A DNA stretch of 53,716 nt, the filler included, from Porpidia crustulata (Eukaryota): NCBI GenBank assembly GCA_964255105.1. It is 4 parts of 4 records of this genome, joined end to end, with 100 filler letters (N's around TTAATTAATTAA, not from the genome) between each part and the next. Parts side by side here need not be neighbours in the genome. Positions count along the whole stretch, not along the records: positions 26,964 to 40,327 come from CAXUWE010000447.1; positions 40,428 to 53,716 come from CAXUWE010000448.1; 2 more parts are not named here. The stretch is one strand, 5' to 3'. Both the position numbers and the translations under genes were made by a program. Of this stretch, positions 38,751-50,170 are shown piece after piece (positions within the stretch are counted from its first letter, which is position 1; each line of letters starts with the position of its first letter). A model generated the notes under the pieces. It was not told the origin of the DNA. It did not search any database and worked only from the letters and a program-made list of their open reading frames with translations.

Positions 38751-39151
38751 AAGGAAAAGGAGTGGGAGATCAACGTGTGTAGCTTCTTAATTCTACCTCC
38801 ATCAACCAGGCTGACTCTTCTATGGAGAAAATTAGCGTGGGGCTTGTGTCCGTGAATGTTCTTGCACGAATATATATGTTGTGACGAATAGTCCTCGAAC
38901 TTTTTGTCTGTGTCCGAACTTGCTGTCCAAATCGAAACCTTGATAGCAATGAAAAGTGATCAAGTCCATATTTTTCAGATTCCCTCATCATGACCAATCT
39001 AGAGATTTCATGAAGATGACTCTACATATTTTGCGGTCTCGATGTTAACGCTCGTATTCGCCACTGCGTGGTACCTGGGCGTGTGATTGCGAGATTGGCG
39101 TTGAGATACATCTCTGCTCTTTCCTTTTCAACCCTCTATGGAGGCTATCCT

Positions 39152-39356
39152 TGAGGTACAGATTACTTCAACTCCTCGTGGCACTTCTACATTTTTTCTT
39201 GCTTGTCCGAAGCGGAACGAAGATAGAGATTACTTTCTCTTCTCATGACAGTTGTACACCTTTCTTGCTCGTCCGAAGCGGCTCGAAGGTACAGATTGCT
39301 TCATTTTCTCATGACAGTTGTACACTTCTTTTGCTTGTCCGGAGCGGATCCATGAT
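39152..39356. repeat. 66-bp tandem repeat, ~3 copies
   Basis: GTCCG[A/G]AGCGG recurs at 39205, 39271 and 39337. TTCTCATGACAGTTGTACAC occurs twice. Confidence 0.9.
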
Positions 39357-40239
39357 ACAAAAGCGATGAAGAGAAGGATCATAGTGTCTGCCGAGCGGAG
39401 ATCTCGCGTTGAAGGTTAATTTTAAAATCGTTTGCTGTGTTCGGAGAAAGAGGAATCGGCTCATCGGAAAGGACCGAGCGTAAAGGCATAACAGTGATCT
39501 GGACTCCTAATTTGGCTATTTTGAAGCCGTGCTCTACTATTTTCGTTGTTACATAAATTAAAACCGTGAACTACGAATAGTTTTAGGCCGCTGTCTTATT
39601 TCTTACCTCATCACAGCTGAGTCCTTCGTTTTCCTAATATCATCCCGCCATCTCTCGCATCCCCTCTCTCATCTCGTGTCATTCTTACACGTATATTCAC
39701 AACGACCGAGCTCACGAGAAAGGTCTGCATGTGACCTGGCGATTTTTGGAATATTAAAATATATAGTGGATTAGCAAGGAATAGGTGCAGTCGAATTTTG
39801 TTTCACTAGCAATAACTTCAAAGTCTGGAAGTATAGGTATAGCCACTATATTTGTCAGATAAAGGCTACGGCTTGGTATAAAATTCAAATACAAAGCCGT
39901 GAAGATTCGGATGCTGAATAGGAATGAAAATTGAATTCGCCTAGTATCTACAGTTGACTAGAGTATTTGATTGAGGAAGTTGCCGCATTTATCGCCGCGT
40001 GCAAAGTGGTGGTTGGAAAATGAAAATCCATAGAATTGAAATTAGAAAATTGGCCGAGAATTCCCAGAAGGCCAAAAACGCTGCTTTTGATGCTGCAGCC
40101 ACTACCTACTTGTCCAATTAGCTGTAGCATACCCAATATCATAGATTGAAGCTATACATACCATTTGCCAAAATTTGAACATAGCACCTCGCTGCCTTCC
40201 TTCGCCCTCCGCCCTTCCCCCGAAGGATTCCCTTTCCTG

Positions 40240-40327
40240 TTGAATTCCTTCCCCCATTGAATTTCTTCCCCCATTGAATCCCCTTCTTTCATTGAATCTT
40301 CTATTCTCGTTGAATTCACTGAATCTC
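40240..40327. repeat. Degenerate 17-18-bp minisatellite (TTGAAT + pyrimidines) at a contig end
   Basis: TTGAATTCCTTCCCCCA, TTGAATTTCTTCCCCCA, TTGAATCCCCTTCTTTCA, TTGAATCTTCTATTCTCG, TTGAATTCA, ending at the gap. Confidence 0.8.
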
Positions 40328-40427
40328 NNNNNNNNNNNNNNNNNNNNNNNNNNNNNNNNNNNNNNNNNNNNTTAATTAATTAANNNNNNNNNNNNNNNNN
40401 NNNNNNNNNNNNNNNNNNNNNNNNNNN
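40328..40427. other. Scaffold gap spacer
   Basis: N/TTAATTAATTAA/N, as at the other two gaps. Confidence 0.95.
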
Positions 40428-41233
40428 TTGTTTGGGGTTGCGCTGAGGGATTTCCGGCGGGCTAAATCGAGAGTCGATGGGGAGCATCGAATAGGGGAAA
40501 AGAAGGGGCAGTAGGTGGGCTTTGGAATGGAGTGGGGTGGACCACATTGGTTAAATCGAAGCCTATGGATATCCAGTTCTGTGACCTTGGTACTTGGTCA
40601 CAATGGATATGAGTAGATGGTAGAAATCAAGGGGATATCGAACCCAATTTGTGGACTGCAAGGACATGCTCCTTGGTAACTTATAGAAATTTGAAGGAAC
40701 ATGCTTTCATTACGCTACCGCCCTCCACCACGCGCAAGAGATTCCATCCGTCAAATCATGAATTCGATTCAATCGACAAGGTATAGAAGCCCGGCTCTGT
40801 AGTAGTAGGGTTGCATAATACTGGACTGATGTCTCCGAAAAACAGACCTAGGACCATTTCAGTAGATTCGTGTCACGGTCATGGCGCTTATAAGATCTAG
40901 TAACCAGGTTGCTGGCTTTCCTAAAAATGTCTAAAGTCGCTGCCGCTGCTCGTGTCGGAAGACGAGCAAATCATGAATCGTTTGAAAGTGCATGGTAAAG
41001 GCCAGGTTTCAGATGGCACGAGTTCAGAGCGAAAATCTACTGCTGGAAGATTGCAGGAGAATGTGCCGTTCTGCAAAGGGTCGAAGTAAGGCTATGGAGC
41101 TTGTTGGGAGGGACCTTGCTTGCGGGCGACTTTTCGTGGGCTTCAAGGTCCTGTGGTGGTTTTATATTCGAGTGATAAGACAGTTGTTCTGTGAATGATT
41201 TTGATTCGTCATATACTCGAGGCAAGCCCGCAA

Positions 41234-42562
41234 TCAAATTAATGGCCCATTAAACGGCGGAAATATTGGATGGAGGGCGTAGACAGGGCCTCTCGATTCC
41301 TCGCCATTAAACAGCAGAAAGTTCTGGATCGGTTGCTCTCTCTGCCCCAACACGTTGATCGCATCCTGCGCTAGCTGACCGCCTAGAAATGCTGTGACCG
41401 GTGCAAGCTCGCCGCCGAGATTTTGCAGGAAACTACGCAAGAATTCACTTCTGAGGGTCTCCAATGGGAGTTGTAATTCCTTGTGCTTCTCTGTGGCGAG
41501 GGTGGTGAAGAGCTCAAGATCTGTGTGTGAGTGCGAGGGGAGTGTCCCCGTCATGCTCTGAAATTCCCATAGGGCTCTCAAGCAGGTCAGAAGCGGTGAA
41601 ATTTGGAGCTTTCGTCTTCGAGAGCCGAGATATTCAGGCGGTATCGGCGAACTGTTTGCAAGGATGATGGGCGAATAGATTTCTCTTTTTGTAACCATCT
41701 CCACCAATTTTCCGTGTTCCTTCTTCGTGCTGGTGGCTATTGTCGATCGAGTTGCCGTCTCTGCTTTGAGCACGGTAGGTACATTGGATTTCTCTCGCTC
41801 AATGACATAGTCGTGCAGGATAAGATCTGCGAAGATGTAACCATAGAAGCCATGGGTTTCAGAGGCGTAAAAAGGTCTGTTACATAATCGACATGCAGCA
41901 TTTATGGTTGATAGTGTGGCCAGATCCAAATCTGTTGCGATAATCATATCAAAAGGCGCAAAATATTCGAGGGGTTTTAGCTTTATGTTTTCGGTGTCTA
42001 CATGGAGTGAAACCCTAGGGTTCAGCTTTCGGATTTGCGGCGCTGATGCTTCTGCTCGCTGGAACAATATTCAGTGACGAAAGCTCGATAGATGTCGCGA
42101 ATCTTACGTTTAAGCCAACGGACTGCTCTGAGACGAAGAACTGGGCACCGAGATCATCGTCTACAACTGTTTGGTTATCTTGTATTGTCAGTGACCCTAT
42201 GCCAGCAAGGACTAGGTTCTTAGCAATCTCGTTGGCAAGTGCTTTCATGTTGATCAAAAGTATGTCGGCCGTCCGCAGCCTGTAATTCCATGAGCACTCT
42301 GCTCTACTTCTCACAGACACGATTCAAGCACTTCTCCTGCGCTTTGACGCCCCATAATCGTATCTGACGGTCGTACAGAGCTATTTCATCTGTGTACTAG
42401 GGCATTAGCCGCTCATCTGGAAACAAATATTCATTTTGATTCTGCCCTACCTGCGCTGATAGGCTGAGCGTGAGCCATAGGCGGGCTGAAATTATTTCCA
42501 TTGGATGAGGCTCCATATGAGAGTGAAGTCGCACTGACGGGTTGAGCAGCAGCGTCCATCAT
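41234..42562 (-). CDS. AOS1: SUMO-activating enzyme E1 subunit 1 (Aos1/Rad31/SAE1), ThiF family
   Basis: Four exons. Motifs ISA|DEIALYDRQIRLWGVKAQEK|LRTADILLI..KALANEIAKNLVLAGIGSLTI, LNPRV, GFYGYIFADL and ELAPVTAFLGGQLAQD.IN.L..REQPIQNF. Confidence 0.93.
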
Positions 42563-43146
42563 GGATCAGCGAGTACGGCAAAGAAGGAGCTGTGATGAAT
42601 ATCGACGTTACTCAATGAGGTTTGGTGAAGAAGCTCGAGCTTTGATGTGAAGGATGGGCAAGCTCGAGCCTTAGATCTTGTTGACCAATGGAAGCTCAAA
42701 CTTTGTAGCAAGGATAGATATGAGCTCTGCACAGCGTAGGGGACTTGATTGTAGATGCTCTGATGAGAGAATGAGGGGTCAGGAAACTATGTAGAGCTGA
42801 GGAGGTTGAAGCAAACATTTTTGTGTCTGTCACGTTTGTGTATTCGTATCGTATCCAAAATCACGTTTCTGACCACTCGGGTATACCCGTTAGCGCCCCG
42901 CGTATTATGCCCCTCCGAGGCAGCCTTAGGTTGTTTTCTACCTGAACTTCCATCATCGCACCCACTTGCTTATCCTCAAGCCTTGCTCTGTAATCCGAAC
43001 ACGTCAGTTTCGTTGCCAGCTTTCAGTGTAAAACCCATTTGACCGATTTGCAGTCCTTGCTCTTTTGATCCTCTCCACTTGTATCACTCGTCGATCGATT
43101 ACAAATAACCAACCATACTTGCTGGTCGAGTATCACACCCAAGTCA

Positions 43147-45088
43147 ATGACGAGGCCAGTTCCTCTGTCCACTATGGTATGCTCAACCGACAAGCCTTCT
43201 TCCATTTAGCCGTGTAACGTGGGAACATGTGTATATACAAATAGCTTTCCATCACTGAGTACTAACTCTTGACAGTCGGGTAACTTTGACTTTCCCCCGG
43301 CGTCATATCATCGGAGTGCCTCTACGATCGAGGACGAAGCCAATGGCTTCCGGCTCATTTCAGAATATCGAATCCGAGACGTCGTAAGACCTGAAGGCTC
43401 TCGAAGAGCGACCATGGAAGGGCATGGTGGTGATGGTGAGGGAGGGAGCCTCCGGAGGCAGAGGGTGCAGCAGTCAGCGTTACGAGAACAGTTCGCTCGC
43501 CGTCAGGCAGCTGGACGATCACCGGGGATTAGTGCCGCAAGTTCCGAGACTCAGGCACCTATCTCTGCTATGAGGTCTCGACCTCATATTACGCCCAGTG
43601 AGCGACCGATACGAAGCATTAGACACCGTCCTCACGGGCCTACAGTGCATGGAAGTGCAGGCACAGTTCAGGAAGCTGTGGAACGTCTCAACGAAGCGAG
43701 TTCCAACCTAAGCTCACTCCTTGACCGGCCCATTCCTCGCCTAGATTCTCCTAGCATTCGCTCCCGAGAGTACCTAGGCGAAGCTGAGGCTGATAGAAGA
43801 AGGGCGAAACGCAGAAAACTGGATTCTGACTCTCTAGCGGAAGGATTCAAGGGGTTTAGTTATGGCTATCGTGGTCAGGTCGTCCCTGGTCAGCTGAAGA
43901 TGGAGATTGAAAGCTGTGATGGAGGGCTTCACACTGACGCAGCAAGACATGGTCGAGAATATTGGCCCGAAAATATTCTGCGTAACGATAAAAGCGTTTA
44001 TTGCACAGATAGAAGTAATTGCAACATAATAATGCGCCACCAAGGGAACACGGCATTCTGTCTGACGAAGCTCGTGATCAAGGCCCCGGAGCTAGGCTTT
44101 ACCGCACCGTAGGGTTCTCAAAATGCTTGAAACCCAATGTTCACTCCAGCTGATTGTTTCCTTGTAGGATCCAGGAAGGCATGATTTTTGTCTCTATGGA
44201 TTCCGATGATCTTTTAAGCCGTACGTCACGTTATCAAATCCGAAAATTTTTACCATCACGAACATCTTCTCCGAGATCTCCCATGCGCAGCATTCAATCC
44301 TCGCCAGTGCCGGAGCTACCTGACTCCTTCAATGATAATCGGCCTCGTTCCCGTCGCGCCGACGACACAGCCGAGCGGACAATCCCGCCTCCGTTATCAA
44401 GTACGAGATCATATACCCGACAGCCCAGAGCAATCGCCACCCGTCCTATCGATGCGCCGATGGCCACCTACGAGTACCCGTTCTCCAGCTCTAACGAAAA
44501 CCTTCGATCTCCACTCCAAAATGTTAGATTGCCGAGTCCCTTCTCTTTTACTGTGACCACCAACTGCGAAGATTACTCCGAAGATGAAGAGGAAGAATCC
44601 AGCGCAGCTACAATTGCCGATCGCTACCGCCGCGACCGTATGCCCCCACCCTATGAATCATCCGACGACACCGAAGACGGATTCAATCGATGGGTCGAGA
44701 GTCGCGCAAGGCTCATGGGTTTGCCACCGAGTTATCGCAGAAGCAGGCGGAGAGCTGCTCCAAGTGGGATCGAGATTGCGGAACCTTCAGCGGACGAAAA
44801 TGAGACTACGAAATTACTAATGCCACATGCTGTCTTCTTCATTGAAAGAGAAAAGAGCCAGGTTAGCATTAAGTTCGATCCTCCCGTGTAAGTCCATGTC
44901 CGTGTACAATCGAATGGAACGAGGTCAAACACTGTGGCTCAATGTTTTACTAACGATCCTCAAGATCTGGCAAATTCGTTCTATTGAAATTCTGGAGTCC
45001 GAACAGAGACCAGAATATCGACATTCAGAGTATTGTCGCGCACGGATACGCGGGCCCAAGATTCTTTCCTGCGGCTCAACTGATCTGA
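43147..45088 (+). CDS. Conserved fungal hypothetical protein with a probable galactose-binding-like beta-sandwich split by a disordered insert
   Basis: Exons 43147-43176, 43276-44108, 44168-44887 and 44965-45088 join in frame. NLS-like RRAKRRKL; GQLKMEIESCDGG, ENILRNDKSVYCT, LVIKAP..GFTAPIQEGMIFVSM; C-terminal IKFDPPVSGKFVLLKFW...NIDIQ. Confidence 0.8.
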
Positions 45089-45964
45089 TCAAGTGCTTAT
45101 CGAATGGGTATGCTTGGCATCTGGGGAGACAAAAATGAGGAAGGAATGCAGACAACGGTCTTGAGGTTACGAGCGATTGATTGTAGGCATCAAACCTGCT
45201 GCCACGGTGGACATAGATTAAGGCTAGAGCGCTGTGCACCAACAAAGACAACCCCATTTCCATTTGAGAGGGCGACACCAAAATTAACACCTTACCTAGC
45301 CGCGTACTATGAAAAGTCAACCGCGATGGGCATATCGTATCTTACGGCATGTTGTAAGATATCCGTATTAAATTCCTCACTAGCGTCTTGTACGCGAATA
45401 GTTGTAATGCTTCATTCATAATGCTCAGCTACGATTTATGCTATGCATTCCATGGCACGTTAGCTACAAAAAATCTCCTTGAGACGCGGAGTCAGGGTGA
45501 GCAGCAGTACTGGGAGTCCGATATCTCGACTGGTCGAGTACCGATGCGCCGTTCTATATCAACGTTGTGTGCTTCTCGACTAGGTTTCATAACTATGTTG
45601 ATAACTTGATATTTCTATAGAGGCTACAATTTGTGTTTCGCAATGCCGCCACTGTCATCAAGGCATCTACGTCCAATCCTTCGGGCATTCGAGCCGTCAG
45701 CTCTTGCACAGCCTATTGAATAATAATCCAACAGCATGTCGAGACTACTGGTGTCTTTTGTTCCGCATTCTGATATTCATGCTTTTTGATTGCCTGTTGA
45801 CCATAAATTTTTCGGACTTAATCCCTTCCAATCCCTTCATTAGAACTCGTCTGATCTGGACTCTTCTGTAATCTGGATGACCACGTTACCCCAAATGTAC
45901 TGAGTCTAAGCTTTTCAAAATTGCCCTTCGCTTTTTCATCTAGACTGGCGAGAAACTAGCAGTA

Positions 45965-48900
45965 ATGCTGCTTCCATCGCCACCTTTGACGATCCTTTTA
46001 TTCAATTTATTAACTCATTCTCTCTTTTTCACAGCTGCACTCGCTGCCCGTCTTGGATCCACTGCATATGGGTCCCAATAAGCTCTCATCTATCAGCGCG
46101 TGATGGAGAGAGCCCATGCGCTCAATTCTTTCGCTTTAGTGACCGTATGTATCTAGCCTTCCAACTACAAGTCGTGTTGTCATTGACAACACTAGAATCC
46201 GTCTTTCTTGCACAGGACGCCTATAATTGTCTGACCAGCATACCCTTTACTAAGACCGTGGCATCCCAATTTTTGCAATACTATAAAGATACTATCGAGT
46301 TTCAGAGTACTCTGGCCTATTTGAAGAATCCTCCGCCGAGCTACCAGCAACCTCGAGTGGATCTCTTGTCGGCTCTTGATCTCGTGGGTGCAGGCATTGA
46401 GACTGGCGTTTTTCGCGATGAGTATGCGTTTGAAGTTGCTGTACAGAATATAGTACAAGCCGCGCATGACGGTCATGTCAAACTCGACGCAGGCGCTCGT
46501 AATGCTTTCAGGTTCGGTAGTCCAAAAGCAATCAGCTCGGTTTCAATGGATGGCATTGAAGTTCGAAAAGTATACTTCACCGGTCCGTATCGCTTACTGC
46601 ACAAGCTGCAGTGGAAGCTGACCAAGTCTTAGATGACCTGGCTCGCTCACAGGTACCCGGTGCAGACTGGAAGCGGTCTGCAATCAAGTCGATATCCAAT
46701 CGAGAAACCACCGAGTGGTTGACAAGTTTTGCGTCATACAACTCATTCGGGCTTCTCGAGCCCAACGCGGATTGGAACGCGCTTATGTATAGTCCTGCAG
46801 CTGACATACAGAACAAGCCAAGTGTATTCACTGGGCAATCACGATTCTATCCCGGGGATGAATTGGATTTTGTTCTCGAAAATGGCATTCATCTATCTGC
46901 GCGATGGCGCTCCCTAGCTAATATGCCGCCCGATACCCCAACAATTAATAATGGCGAAGATGCCTATTCTTTCTTTGTCCTCAATAATCTACCTAGTACC
47001 AGCCCGGAAGCTTCCTCAGCGAACACTTCGCCACCGCCAAGTACGTCTGCTTCTTTGGGAAATTCACCTAGTTCGACTATCACTTCGACTCCAGACTTGC
47101 CATCAAGCCAGCCGAACAGTGACCCGCCTACTTCGTGGGTCGGTGTGCCAGCTTACCCTTCAAATCCAGACATTGTGCAGCGCTCCCTTAGCTATGGTGG
47201 CTTTATCACAGGCTACTTCCTGAACCAATCTTCGGTAGCAGTCCTGAGCATCCCGAGCTTCGAGATGACTGGATCAGCGCTTTCCTCCTTTTCTGGAACT
47301 ATTGGTCGATTTCTGCAACGTAGCAAACGAGCCGGCTTAAAAAATGTTGTGATCGATCTGCAGCAGAATTACGGCGGTGAGGTGCTTCTGGCGAATGATG
47401 CGTTCAAGCAATTTTTCCCCTCCAAGGAACCATTTGGCGGTAGCCGGTTACGTTCGTCCGCTTACTCAAACGCTCTTGGCAATACGTTCACCAAATACCA
47501 AAGCAGAGACACACTAAGTCCAGCAGATGCTGCTGCCTTAATCGACACTCCCTGGGCTATACTTGATTATGTGGATGCAGGCACCAGGATAAATTTCACG
47601 TCTTGGTCAGACTTTTACGGACCCCGCGAGGATCGTAGGGATTTCTTCTCAAAAGTCCAGCAATACAATATATCAAGCAGTATCTTCGATGAGGTTGCTA
47701 CCGGTAGCTATCTTGACGATGGTGTTAGTCCGGCTGGCATTACCATTTATGGCTATGGGAATCGTTCCACGTCTACGCCAGCGCCTTATGCCGCAGAGGA
47801 TATCATCCTTTTGACTGACTCTGTTTGTCATTCTGCATGTGCGATCTTTGTGGAGATGATGCACCACGAGGCCGGCGTGAAGACGGTCGTCGTTGGTGGG
47901 CGACCCAATAGTGGTCCCATGCAAGCGGTGGCTGGTACTCGTGGTGCGCTGGATTACAGCACCATCCAACTCGACAATGACATGTATACAGCGACTAATC
48001 TCAACACGAGCGTCATCAATGACTTACCACAATCTCACGTCACCGAGTATCCTCTATTTTGGATTACCAATGCAGGGATTAATCTTCGGGATCAGATTCG
48101 CGAGGGCGAGAATGAGTATTTTCCTCAACAATTTGCATATGAAGCTGCCGATTGCAGGGTATATTGGACATATGCAAATTTCAATAATTTTCGAAACCTA
48201 TGGCAGCATGCTGCAGACGCTATATGGACCAAACCCGAACTTTGCGTCGCAGATTCAATAAATTTTCATCCTCAAGGCGCTACAGACACTTTGGGCCCTA
48301 GTTCGAGTCAGAAAGGCCTATGGAGTAGTGCCAAAGTTGAACAACATCAGAAGACTGGCGGAACAGGCTTCGGGAATGCCGCTAAGAATAATGGTATTGC
48401 CAGCGGTGACGCCGGTGGAAAACAAACTACACTCAATACGCCCTGTGTGATTGGGAAGAGACCATCAACGTGCGCCTAACGAGGTCTGCTCAGAAGTCGG
48501 CTCGTGCCAACAGGGCCAGTTCGTCTTCAGTGCTCAATGCAAGCGACAGTGTACAAGCAGCAGTCAGTGTGTTGCATCTCAGCAACGTAACTTCTGCAAC
48601 ATCTACGACCAATATTGCAGGCCTGGACTAGACGGTAGGTATCAATGTAGTCGATTGCGCGACCGGACAATTTTCCAGGGATCAGATTCTCAGCAGAGCA
48701 CATCTGGCCCATTGACTGGCGGGCAATATATAGTTGCCCTGTCCGGGGTCTGTGAGCAAAGGGTCAAGACGGATCGTTTGTGTCTCGATTGGTCGGTCAG
48801 TAACTCAGGTTTACCAAAAGCTTCTGTGGCAGCGCTCGCACATTCCGCCATCAGCACCTTTATCATAGACGTACCCCAACCTACTGAAAATCAAGGTGTC

Positions 48901-48975
48901 GCCGACAAATCACCAATCGAAGACGGGACGCCTGGAGCCGCTATTATGAATCAGTTCGGTGCTAGTGGTCATTAG
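45965..48975 (+). pseudogene. Secreted peptidase S41 (CPAF-like) with a Cys-rich C-terminal domain; two frameshifts
   Basis: Signal peptide from ATG 45965; introns 46145-46195 and 46583-46632. Motifs FQSTLAYLKNPP, HDGH, VIDLQQNYGG, LLTDSVCHSACAIF and VVVGGRP. Frame breaks near 46070 (TAA 46079) and near 48470 (TAA 48477). The catalytic core ORF is intact. Confidence 0.75.
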
Positions 48976-50170
48976 GAGTCAAAGGGAGTCGCGACCGTTG
49001 ACGTCGTGAGATTGTATCTGTGAACAGACGCAGGGAAACTTGGATATTATATGGCTCATATAATGGTAAAGCCTTGATAACAAAGCAATTTGGAGGTTAC
49101 GATCTCGTCGCATGTAATAACCCCTTCACGCACTAGGCCATCACACGGCTATCATGAAGTCTTGATGGACATGTCGAGATGTGTGAAGACTCGTCAACTC
49201 ACAACATTCAAATGACCACACAGACAAACACTCAGATTTCCGACCACAAAGTACCTATCGATAATTGGCTCGAAGAGATTTTACGTCGAGCTCGTCTTGC
49301 TAGAGTAGTCGTTCAAGTCGTCTCATTGATGATAATATAGGACTTTTCATCATTATATAATATTGCCTCCGGTGTCTATTACACCCTGTTTGTATATGGA
49401 GGTTCTAGTCACGACACTTGAAATCGGCCCTCCAGATGCTAAGACGAGAGAAATCGAGACCCAAAAAAGAATCGTAGCCAGCAACACTACACGTGACACT
49501 TGTATTTGATTGGCACATTGGCCATGGTCATTGTTTGTAACAACGACGATACGGGAGTGTAAATTACCGGTTTCCATACTAGCTAGCTTCTTGGGATCCT
49601 ACTCGTCTTATTCGTATATTACTTCGCCGGTCTAGCCGTAAATATCTCGCCTCCTGCATAAAGTAAGTAGGGGATAGAGCAACGGGTAGAACTTTCAACC
49701 TTGAAATTCCAGGCCTATGATATTGATGGATCAGAGCGGGCGCCTTACTCGAAGGTCCTTGTCTGACAAACCAAAAGCAGGCACGCATCTCCGTTCGGAG
49801 TCCAATGTGACAGAATGTAGGGCGATGATGCTACCGTCGCGTGAGGGCGAAACGAGGCTGAGGCCGTCCTGTTCCATGCATTGCAAGTCTTGACTTGATG
49901 AAGCTTAATACAAGGCAAATGTCGCTACTGCAGGGGCGTGGCACTTCTGCAATTGCGGGCCTTTGATGGAAATTTTACTCTACAGCCCGATCGGGAGTAG
50001 ATGAGCTCAAGAAAGCGATACAACAGCTGTGAAGTTCCAGGGCTTGGACTCTTTCTCCTAGCATTTGTACCAAGAGCCTCGTGGATATGAGCTGAGCTAG
50101 TCTTCCTCTGTTTTGGTCAGGCGCCCTTTTCTGTCGAATTTCGGCTTTCCATCGTCATTGTTGCTTCAAT

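Noticed and set aside
4733..42562. Functional cluster of chromatin/silencing genes (condensin, ING, Argonaute, SET, SUMO E1)
   Set aside because: They are interleaved with unrelated genes and separated by scaffold gaps; there is no evidence of co-regulation, and chance is sufficient.
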